Source: Alphaproteobacteria bacterium HGW-Alphaproteobacteria-7
GTDB lineage: Bacteria > Pseudomonadota > Alphaproteobacteria > Sphingomonadales > Sphingomonadaceae
Assembly: GCA_002842735.1 (NCBI GenBank)
Contig: PHEB01000020.1
Coordinates: forward strand, 579 to 64,578
Length of the DNA: 64,000 bases
Reading direction: 5' to 3'
Both the position numbers and the translations under genes were made by a program. A model generated the notes under the pieces. That model saw only the letters and a program-made list of their open reading frames with translations. It did not search any database and was not told the origin of the DNA. Below are positions 6,392-14,350 of this stretch, piece by piece; the first letter of the stretch is position 1; the number at the start of each line of letters is the position of its first letter.

Positions 6392-8713
6392 ATGGCATTC
6401 TGGCTCGCACGCGAACGCCGCGCGCAGGAAAGCAGCTTTATTCAGCGGTTCGACCCGCGGTTCTGGACGGTCAATTTCCCCCGGCCTGCGATGGCTTCGG
6501 TGGTGACGATTGCGCCTGATGCGCTGCGGGTCGAGGTTGAACTGCACCATGCGGGTGAGCTGGTCGGACTGATCTGGGACAGCGCCGATACGCTCGATCA
6601 CCCGCTACTCGCCTACGAAACCGATCGCGATTACGCGCACACCACGCTGAGCTTTCGCTGGCAGTCCGAAGGCGTGATCGCGCTCGATCTGCCCAACGGG
6701 CCAACGCTGACGATCGAAGGGCGCGATGCCGCTGGCACGCCCCGGACGTGGTTTGTAAGGCTGTGGAATTATGCGCAAGGCACGCCCACCGATGCCCGCA
6801 TAACCCTGCCGTTCTCCAATCTTCAAGCGGGATTTGGCCTGCCGGGTGAGCCTGTCCACCCAAGCGACATCGACCGCATGTTCATCTCGCTGGTCGCACC
6901 CGGCCACGTTCCTGGCAGCGCCGCGCCGCTGCCTGCGCGTTTCAATGGCGCGGTGACTGTGTCCGATATCGTCGCCGATGGTGCCCGCGCCATGCTTGAA
7001 GTCGGCGATGTGCTGCTGCCGCCGCATGGCACGAGAATCGCTACCGCCTACGACGATGCCTTCAACCAGACCCCGGCCCGCCTGCTGCGCGCGGTGACCA
7101 GTCTCGGCTATCGTCAGGATCTGATCCATTATGTCGGCATGAGCCATTTCATGCGGCTCACCCAGCAGCCGACTGGCAAGGTCAAGGTGACAACCGCAGC
7201 GGAGCTTAGTGCGCCAGCGGTTGTCTGGCACCGCAATTACTTCGAGCTAGCGCGGGCCGGAGCCTTCGAAGTCATCGCCTCGCTCTCGTATGAATTGTTC
7301 GATGCCTATTGCCCGGATGCCTGGAAGCAGCGCACCGCAAGCGGTGCCCCTGCATTAACCGGCTGGGTGCCACCATCGACCTTGCTGTCTCCGGCCAACG
7401 CGGAGGCAATGGCATGGCTGATGGACGTGGCCCGCGACTTCGTGGCGCTGCTTAGGCAGGCAGGTCTGCCGGTGCGCTTCCAGATCGGCGAGCCGTGGTG
7501 GTGGGTGACATCGGCAGGAGAAATCTGCCTGTATGATGACGCTGCAAAGGCAGCATTCGGCGGCACCCCACCGATAATCACCGATGTCGGCGGCCCGCTG
7601 ACCTTCGCGCAAACCTCGTTGCTCGATGATGCAGGCCTGCTGCTGGCACAATCGACGGCAAACCTGACCGTAACCGTTCGCGATGCCGCGCAGGGGCCGT
7701 CAGAGGTGTTGCTGCTGACATTCACGCCGACCATTCTCGATCCCGCCCGGCCCGAACTGTTTCGGGCGAACCTGCCATCCGGCTGGGCGGCACCGGCGTT
7801 CGACCGGCTGCAAATCGAAGACTACGACTGGCTCACCGGCGGAGCGGATGCGGCGCGGCGGGCGGCCTATGCCTTTGTCGATACCTGGCTCGGCTACCCG
7901 TCTGCCCTTCAGGATTATCTCGCCGGTTTCGTGCTCGATCCTGCCGATGCCGAACTTTTCTGGCTGCGGATCGACAATGGGATCGATGAAGCAGCCGAGC
8001 GCAACATCGCCCGCCGCTATGTCTGGGCGCTGCCGCAGGTCAACCGCGATGGCTACACCCGCCTCGCCCCATCCCCGGAGCAAGCCATGGATCCGTTCGA
8101 CAACGTGCTTTACCCCTTTGCGCTGGGGCGTGATGCCTCGGTCGCACCAGAATTCTCGACCTCGATTGCGGTGACCGCATCGGGGCATGAACGGCGCAAT
8201 TCACTGTGGTCGGATGCGCGGCTGCATTTTGATGTCGGCCCCGGTATCCGGTCAGAAGCGGAGTTGTCCGAGCTCGTCGCCTTCTTCCGCGCCCGGCGCG
8301 GCCCGGCCCGCGGGTTCCGCATCATGGATCCGTTCGATAACAGCTCCAACGCGATGACCCGCTCACCAACCATGTTCGATCAGTTGATCGGCATTGGCGA
8401 CGGCGCCACGGCGGATTTCCAGCTGATCAAGTCCTATGGGGCGGTCGAGCCGCAAGTGCGCCCAATCACCCGGCCTCGGCCGGAAACGCTGCTGGTCAGC
8501 ATCGGCGGCGGTGCGACCACTGGCTGGACACTGAGCGAGAAAGGCGTGCTGCGGTTCCTCGCCGCACCGCCCGCCGGGGCAGAGGTGCGAGCCGGGTTCC
8601 TGTTCGATGTTCCGGTACGGTTTGCCGAAGACCGGCTGGACGTGTCGGCGGTCAATTTTGCAGCCGGGGAGGCACCATCAATCCCGCTGATCGAACTGCG
8701 GGAGACAGCCTGA
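6392..8713 (+). CDS. fusion protein: 565-aa uncharacterised N-terminal region + DUF2460/TIGR02217 distal tail domain (RcGTA g12-like)
   Basis: Single 773-aa ORF with GGGGGA 7 nt upstream of the ATG. Residues 566-773 (FDNVLYPFALGRDASVAPEFSTSIAVTASGHERRNSLWSDARLHFDVG...FLFDVPVRF) match the g12 family. Residues 1-565 I could not assign to a named family. Confidence 0.8.
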   Translation: MAFWLARERRAQESSFIQRFDPRFWTVNFPRPAMASVVTIAPDALRVEVELHHAGELVGLIWDSADTLDHPLLAYETDRDYAHTTLSFRWQSEGVIALDLPNGPTLTIEGRDAAGTPRTWFVRLWNYAQGTPTDARITLPFSNLQAGFGLPGEPVHPSDIDRMFISLVAPGHVPGSAAPLPARFNGAVTVSDIVADGARAMLEVGDVLLPPHGTRIATAYDDAFNQTPARLLRAVTSLGYRQDLIHYVGMSHFMRLTQQPTGKVKVTTAAELSAPAVVWHRNYFELARAGAFEVIASLSYELFDAYCPDAWKQRTASGAPALTGWVPPSTLLSPANAEAMAWLMDVARDFVALLRQAGLPVRFQIGEPWWWVTSAGEICLYDDAAKAAFGGTPPIITDVGGPLTFAQTSLLDDAGLLLAQSTANLTVTVRDAAQGPSEVLLLTFTPTILDPARPELFRANLPSGWAAPAFDRLQIEDYDWLTGGADAARRAAYAFVDTWLGYPSALQDYLAGFVLDPADAELFWLRIDNGIDEAAERNIARRYVWALPQVNRDGYTRLAPSPEQAMDPFDNVLYPFALGRDASVAPEFSTSIAVTASGHERRNSLWSDARLHFDVGPGIRSEAELSELVAFFRARRGPARGFRIMDPFDNSSNAMTRSPTMFDQLIGIGDGATADFQLIKSYGAVEPQVRPITRPRPETLLVSIGGGATTGWTLSEKGVLRFLAAPPAGAEVRAGFLFDVPVRFAEDRLDVSAVNFAAGEAPSIPLIELRETA

Positions 8714-9522
8714 TGCGGGCGTTTTTCGACCGTGAGCTTGATACGGTCGCGACCTTCTGGCGCATTTATCGCCGTGATGGGGCCGCACTCGCCTTTACCA
8801 GCCACGACCGCGATCTGACCTTCGGCGGCATAACCCACCGCGCCGCGCCCGGCATGATCCCTGCCGCGATCCGCCTCACGGTTGAACTCAGCAACGACAG
8901 CGCCGAAGCACAAGGTGCGCTGCACCATGATTCGATCCGCGAAGAAGAACTTGCCGCGGGCCTGTTCGATGAAGCCGCGATCGAGATCGGCGCGGTCGAT
9001 TGGATCACGCTTGATCATTCCACGCTCTATTCTGGGCAAATTGGCCGGATCGGGGACAATCAGACTCAGTTCACCGCCGAACTGCGATCAAACAAAAGCC
9101 TGCTCGAACGCGACCTTGTTCCGCGCACCAGCCCGACCTGCCGGGCCGAGTTCTGCGGCCGGGGCTGCGGGCTTTCGGCGGTGCGTTTCACTACCTTCCG
9201 CTTGCTTGATGCGATTGACCCCGAAACGAACCGGGTGCGCTTTGGTGGCCTGATCGGGGAAAATTACGTCGACGGCAGATTGCGATTCCTGTCTGGGCCG
9301 CAGACTGGCCTGGATTTCGGTATCATCGATGCGGACGCGGACTGGCTCACACTCGATCGTCCGCTGCTGGCGGGAACCGTTACCGGCACCCGCGCTGAAC
9401 TGCGCGAAGGATGCGACCATACCTTTGCTACCTGCGCGGGCCGGTTTGCCAATAGCATCAACTTCCGCGGTGAACCGTTCCTGCCGGGCAATGATCTGCT
9501 GTCGCGTTACGGCCAACCATGA
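8713..9522 (+). CDS. DUF2163 / BR0599-type tail hub protein (RcGTA g13-like)
   Basis: 269 aa, ATG overlaps the previous stop. LDTVATFWRIYRRDGAALAFTSHDRDLTFGG, PTCRAEFCGRGCGL, CDHTFATCAGRFAN. Confidence 0.88.
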   Translation: MRAFFDRELDTVATFWRIYRRDGAALAFTSHDRDLTFGGITHRAAPGMIPAAIRLTVELSNDSAEAQGALHHDSIREEELAAGLFDEAAIEIGAVDWITLDHSTLYSGQIGRIGDNQTQFTAELRSNKSLLERDLVPRTSPTCRAEFCGRGCGLSAVRFTTFRLLDAIDPETNRVRFGGLIGENYVDGRLRFLSGPQTGLDFGIIDADADWLTLDRPLLAGTVTGTRAELREGCDHTFATCAGRFANSINFRGEPFLPGNDLLSRYGQP

Positions 9523-9953
9523 CTGGCGCGGGCGCACCAAATCCGGGCGTTGCGCTGGCCGAGGCAGCGGCAACGCTGATCGGCAGCCCGTTCCGGCTTC
9601 ACGGACGCGACCCTGCAACCGGCCTCGATTGCGTCGGGCTGGTGGTCGCAGCGCTATCCGCGACCGGAGCAACTCCGCGTGCGCCCAGCGGTTACGGCTT
9701 GCGCAACCTGTCGGTGGATCATTGGCTGCATTTTGCCGACCGATCAGGACTGGCAGCGTCGCCTGGCCCAATCCGCGCGGGCGATGTGCTGTTGATCGCG
9801 CTCAGCCATTGCCAGCATCATCTGGCCATCGCCGCGAGCGCGGCCAGCATCATTCATGCCCATGCCGGGCTGCGACAAGTGGTGCGACAACCGCTTGATC
9901 CCGCTTGGCGGCTCCACATCAAGTGGCACGTCGCACAACAAATGGAAGGCTGA
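9519..9953 (+). CDS. NlpC/P60-family cell-wall peptidase (RcGTA g14-like)
   Basis: 144 aa with ATGA overlap. LIGSPFRLHGRDPATGLDCVGLV (catalytic Cys context) and HLAIA...IIHAHAG (His). Confidence 0.85.
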   Translation: MTGAGAPNPGVALAEAAATLIGSPFRLHGRDPATGLDCVGLVVAALSATGATPRAPSGYGLRNLSVDHWLHFADRSGLAASPGPIRAGDVLLIALSHCQHHLAIAASAASIIHAHAGLRQVVRQPLDPAWRLHIKWHVAQQMEG

Positions 9954-9957
9954 TTTC

Positions 9958-12034
9958 ATGGCAACATTGGTGCTTACAGCCATCGGCACCGCCGTTGGTG
10001 GGCCGATTGGCGGAGCGATTGGCGCGTTGGTCGGTCAGCAGGTCGATGGGCTCATTTTCGGCGGCGGCACCCGCCAAGGGCCTCGTCTGCGCGAAGTGAC
10101 GATCAGCACGTCGAGCTATGGCCAGCCAATCGCGCGCCACTTCGGGCGGATGCGGGTGCCCGGTTCGGTGATCTGGTCGACCGACCTGATTGAAAACAGA
10201 CGCAAGGAAAAGGGGCGCAAGGGCCAGCCATCGACTGTCACCTTCTCCTACACAGCCTCCTTCGCGGTCGCATTGTCCAGCACCCCGATTGCGCGGCTCG
10301 GGCGGGTCTGGGCCGATGGCAACCTGCTGCGCGGAAGCCTTGGCGACCTCAAGGTAGGCGGGAGCCTGCGCATCTACTGTGGCCACGGCGACGACCCGGT
10401 TGATCCCCTGATCGCTGCCGCCAAAAGCGGTCAGGCACCAGCCTTCCGGGACTGTGCCTATGTGGTGTTCGAAGATCTTGAACTGGGAGATTTTGGCAAC
10501 CGCATCCCGGCGCTCAGCTTCGAAATCTTCGCCGAAGGGGGCGATGACACTGTCTCCCTGGAACGGTTGGTGCCTGGGGCGGTTCCGGCTGCGACGCCGG
10601 TCATGCTGGCCCATGCCCGGGGCTTTGCCGATGAAGGCGGACCGCTTGCCGCAAGTTTGGCAGCGATTGATCAGGTCATCCCGCTGATCTGCACATCAGG
10701 CAAAGATGGCCCGATCATTGCCGACCCAGGAACCGGCGGCCCTGCGCTATTACGACGAAGATCGCGATTACCAGCCGGGCGTGCAGCGCGCGATTGGCAC
10801 GCGGCAGGTGGGCCGCGAATTGATGGTTGATCTGCCCGCCACCATGAACGCGAGCGGAGCGCGGCAGCTGGCCAATGACAGTGCGAATCGTGCACGCTGG
10901 CAGCACGAAACGGTGCTTTGGCGCACCAGCGAAATCGACCCGCGCCTATTCCCCGGCACCATCGTGCGCATTCCCGATGCTCCCGGATACTGGTTGTTGC
11001 GCAGTTGGGAATGGCTCGACCGCGGGATTGAGCTCGAACTGGAAAGGCTCGCGCCCGGCCTTACAACGGCCCGCATCAGCGATCCCGGCGAACCCTTGCC
11101 GCCGTCAGATCTGGTGATCCCGGATACGAGGTTGGCCGCAATAGAAGTTCCGGCAGACGGCAATGCCAATCCCGCTGCATCTCTGATTTTCGCAGTCGTT
11201 TCGGCCGAAAACAATGCTTGGCGCGGCGCGGCGCTGTTTGCCGTTCAAGGCACAGCGATGGTCGATCTGGGCACCAGCGGATCGCAGCGCGCCATTATTG
11301 GCACACTTTTTGAACCCCTGCCCCCTTCGCGGGCTTTGCTGTTCGAGCCGGAAGCCAAGGCCGTAATCGAACTCGTCGCAGACGACATCGCTTTAACCGA
11401 AACTAGCATTGATGGCCTTGCCGCAGGAGCCAACCGTTTGCTGGTCGGCAGCGAGGTCATCCAGTTTGTGCGGGCCGCCCCCTTGGGCAACCGCCGGTGG
11501 GAATTGTCTGGATTGCTTCGCGGACGCGGCGGCACCGAACACAGCGCGGCGCAGGGCCATCCTGCGCAGACCCTTGCCGTCCTGCTCGATGACAGTCTGG
11601 TAGCGCTCGATCAGGAGCTTGTTCCACCGCTGCCGACCACGCGAATCGCGGCAATCGGGAGAGGCGATAGCGAAGCGGTGCTCGCCCCGCTCGTCAATCC
11701 CGGTCTCTCGCGCCGCCCACCGTGCCCGGTTCACCCGCGTCAACGGATCGATCCGGACCAGAGCCGGCATTTCAGCTGGACCCGGCGTGCACGCGGGCAA
11801 TGGCGCTGGGACAATGCGGTCGAGGTGCCACTGGTCGAAGAACGCGAACTTTATCAAATCGGCTACGGCCCGACCGCCGCGCCGCACGTCACATGGACGC
11901 GCAGCGAACCGCAGCTGTCGCTGACTCAGCCAGAAATTGCGAGCCTGCGGGACACGCACGGCAATGCCGATCTGTGGGTCATGCAGGTCGGAACATTCGA
12001 CCGCTCACCAGCGCTGTTGCTCGCATTGATTTAA
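9958..12034 (+). pseudogene. GTA host-specificity/baseplate protein (RcGTA g15-like), reading frame broken near 10720-10745
   Basis: The N-terminal part (MATLVLTAIGTAVGGPIGGAIGALVG...FEDLELGDFGNRIPALSFEI) is in frame 1 (track ORF 9856..10830). It continues (LRYYDEDRDYQPGVQRA...IVRIPDAPGYWLLRSWEW...) in frame 2 (track ORF 10706..12034). After about 10745, frame 1 uses rare codons (cta tta cga cga aga). Confidence 0.8.
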
Positions 12035-12053
12035 CCCAGCTCAGGAGTTCTGC

Positions 12054-12518
12054 ATGTCCGAACCTTTTACCTTCACCTCCTCCACGCCGAACATCGGTTT
12101 GCCATTGCTGATCGCAGGCCAGGCACAAAAGGAATTCTTTCTCAATCAGTCGCTTGTTATCGTTGATTCGCTTCATCGCCGCTCTGTGATAGCCTCGCAG
12201 CCTGCACCGCCGACGAATGCCGACGAAGGCGACTGCTTCCGGATCACTGCCCCTGCAACGCAGGAGTGGGAAGGTTGCGAAGGCCATATCACCATTCGAA
12301 TTGGCGGCAGTTGGCACTTCATCGCACCGCGCGAAGGCATATTCATGTTTGACAGCGCGGCGGATCAGTTCCTGCTTTATCAATCAGGTTGGCGAGTCGC
12401 TTCTACACCTGCAATCCCGGCGTCCGGCGCCGTAATTGATGCCGAAGCGCGCGCCGCGATTAGTGAGTTGATCGATGCTCTGCGCGACATCGGGATATTT
12501 GCGCCGGTGACTAATTGA
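12054..12518 (+). CDS. DUF2793-like protein (tail-fibre/receptor-binding candidate)
   Basis: 154 aa with AGGAG 7 nt upstream. NIGLPLLIAGQAQKEFFLNQSL and the C-terminal VIDAEARAAISELIDALRDIGIF are as I remember for DUF2793. Visibly lower GC than the preceding genes. Confidence 0.6.
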   Translation: MSEPFTFTSSTPNIGLPLLIAGQAQKEFFLNQSLVIVDSLHRRSVIASQPAPPTNADEGDCFRITAPATQEWEGCEGHITIRIGGSWHFIAPREGIFMFDSAADQFLLYQSGWRVASTPAIPASGAVIDAEARAAISELIDALRDIGIFAPVTN

Positions 12519-12680
12519 AATGGGAACATATCGCCCGACCAGCATAGCAACATTTTTTGGGTAGAGCCTGCCATCGCGACATTCTTGCAACACCCTGCGT
12601 GATTGATGGCTTGCCTCTAGCATAGGGAAAAGATAGAGACAGTCTGTGCCTCAAGTCTAATATAAAAGGGGAATCTGAGT

Positions 12681-13817
12681 ATGCGCAAACTCGTCATTGG
12701 AATGGCGATGGCTTCGACCGCGCTGACAACGCCTGCCATGGCCCGCGACGGCCAATGGTACATTCAGGGCGACGGCGGCGTCATGATCGTCGAAGACCAG
12801 AATGTGGATGTCAACGGCGTCGCCAACGATGCCTCGGCTGCTTACGACACCGGTTTTGATTTCGGTGCGGCAGTTGGCCACGACTTTGGTGCCTTCCGCC
12901 TCGAAGCCGAAACCAGCTATCGTGCTGCTATCGATCCCGATTTTGTTGTCGGCGGTAGTCAAGGTCTCGTCCTTAACCCTCCCAACACCAACACCTTCAG
13001 TGGTCAGCGAAGCGCGTTCGGCGAACTGAACGCCCTGAGCTTCATGCTGAATGCTCTGTTCGATTTCGGTGACGATGACGGCATTCAAGCATTCGCTGGT
13101 GGCGGTGTCGGCATTGCTCGCGTCGACATGGACGCCAGCGTTGACGACCGCGGTCCGGGAGTTTGGAACGATTCCGACACTGGTTTTGCTTGGCAGATTC
13201 TTGCCGGGGTTCGTGCTCCGATCAGCAAGGCGTTGGATGTCGGCCTGAAGTACCGTTACTTCAATGTACCCGAAGTTAATCTGGTCGATGGGCTAGGGCG
13301 GTCGCTTGAAGCTGATTTCAACTCGCACTCGTTGATGGGTTCGATCACCTATAACTTTGGTGGTGAAGAACCTGTTGTGGCACCGGTGGCACCGCCGCCT
13401 CCGCCTCCACCACCACCACCGCCACCACCGCCGCCACCTCCGCCGCCGCCACCTCCGCCGGTGCCGTGCAACACGGGTCCGTACATCGTGTTCTTCGACT
13501 TTGATAAGTCGGACATCACGGCTGAGGCTGCGACCATCCTCAACAGCGCCGTCACTGCCTACGCCAATTGTGGTTCGGCAAACGTGATGTTGGCGGGTCA
13601 CACTGACCGTGCGGGTAGCGTCAAGTACAACATCGGCTTGGCTGAACGCCGTAACGCATCGGTTCGCAGCTACCTGAACGGTCGCGGCATCCCTGATGGC
13701 CGCATTACAGGTGAAGCGTTTGGCGAATCTCAGCCGCGCGTCCCGACCGCCGACGGTGTTCGCGAAGCGCAGAACCGCCGCGTGGAAGTGACCTATGGTC
13801 CGGGTTCGGGCATGTAA
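12681..13817 (+). CDS. OmpA-family outer-membrane protein: N-terminal beta-barrel, polyproline hinge, C-terminal OmpA peptidoglycan-binding domain
   Basis: Signal peptide MRKLVIGMAMASTALTTPAMA. C-terminal motifs: FFDFDKSDIT, LAGHTDRAGSVKYNIGLAERRNASV, NRRVEV. Confidence 0.88.
   Translation: MRKLVIGMAMASTALTTPAMARDGQWYIQGDGGVMIVEDQNVDVNGVANDASAAYDTGFDFGAAVGHDFGAFRLEAETSYRAAIDPDFVVGGSQGLVLNPPNTNTFSGQRSAFGELNALSFMLNALFDFGDDDGIQAFAGGGVGIARVDMDASVDDRGPGVWNDSDTGFAWQILAGVRAPISKALDVGLKYRYFNVPEVNLVDGLGRSLEADFNSHSLMGSITYNFGGEEPVVAPVAPPPPPPPPPPPPPPPPPPPPPPPVPCNTGPYIVFFDFDKSDITAEAATILNSAVTAYANCGSANVMLAGHTDRAGSVKYNIGLAERRNASVRSYLNGRGIPDGRITGEAFGESQPRVPTADGVREAQNRRVEVTYGPGSGM
13392..13460 (+). repeat. 23 consecutive proline codons (CCN)23 inside the OmpA-family gene
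   Basis: Hand parse of codons 13392-13460: a mixture of ccg/cct/cca, in frame with ATG 12681. Confidence 0.95.
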
Positions 13818-13842
13818 GTCACCCTACTAAGGGTATTGAAGA

Positions 13843-13870
13843 GGGGCCGGAGCAATCCGGCCCCTTTTTT
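13843..13870 (+). terminator. intrinsic terminator of the OmpA-family gene
   Basis: GGGGCCGGA-gcaa-TCCGGCCCC followed by TTTTTT, 26 nt after the stop. Confidence 0.85.
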
Positions 13871-14350
13871 GTTGGGGTCTCGTCAAATGAGTGTCGTTGA
13901 AGTGGCGAGACCTTGCGCACTCAGGGTCGCCATAGCGAGATCCTGCCTTGTGCTGACATCACAAGTTCGATCGGGGATCCACCGCACGGTTAAGTCGCCG
14001 ACAGCGGCTCCACTCCGGCCAAGATCACATGATTGGCGCGTCATCTGCTCGGCGCTCTTGCTTCCTAACCTCGAGCATATTTCAGCCAAGTGGAAGCAGC
14101 TGGCTACGCAGAAAACGCAGTGCTTCAGAGACATGAAGTGTTGATTTCGATGAGGTCAGCATAGAATCTTTTCCGCAGGCCCGGTCATCCCGGTTCACTG
14201 TTTCTGTGACGGTAAGCCCGATGGCAAGGCACGCGAAGTGAAGTCTTATGCTAGCCAACGCCGCAACGCAGTCTAGCAGGGCCCCCAGATACAACCGCTT
14301 GGTTGAGAGCAGAATCCGCCATCCGTAACATCTTGGTCTGCACCTGATTG

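Noticed and set aside
1-12518. Interpretation of the phage-like genes as an integrated prophage.
   Set aside because: It is a head-tail module only, with host-like composition and no lysogeny, replication or lysis genes. The tape measure is very short and the gene order is RcGTA-like, so a GTA is the better reading. The upstream side is outside the window.
1-12518. CtrA-type TTAA-N7-TTAA boxes in or near the GTA cluster and other spacers.
   Set aside because: I found only half-sites, for example near 27066. The cluster promoter is expected upstream of the window.
13955-13995. GTTCGATC motif suggesting a tRNA T-loop or an att remnant.
   Set aside because: The flanking bases cannot form a T-stem or acceptor stem, and no CCA or anticodon arm is evident.
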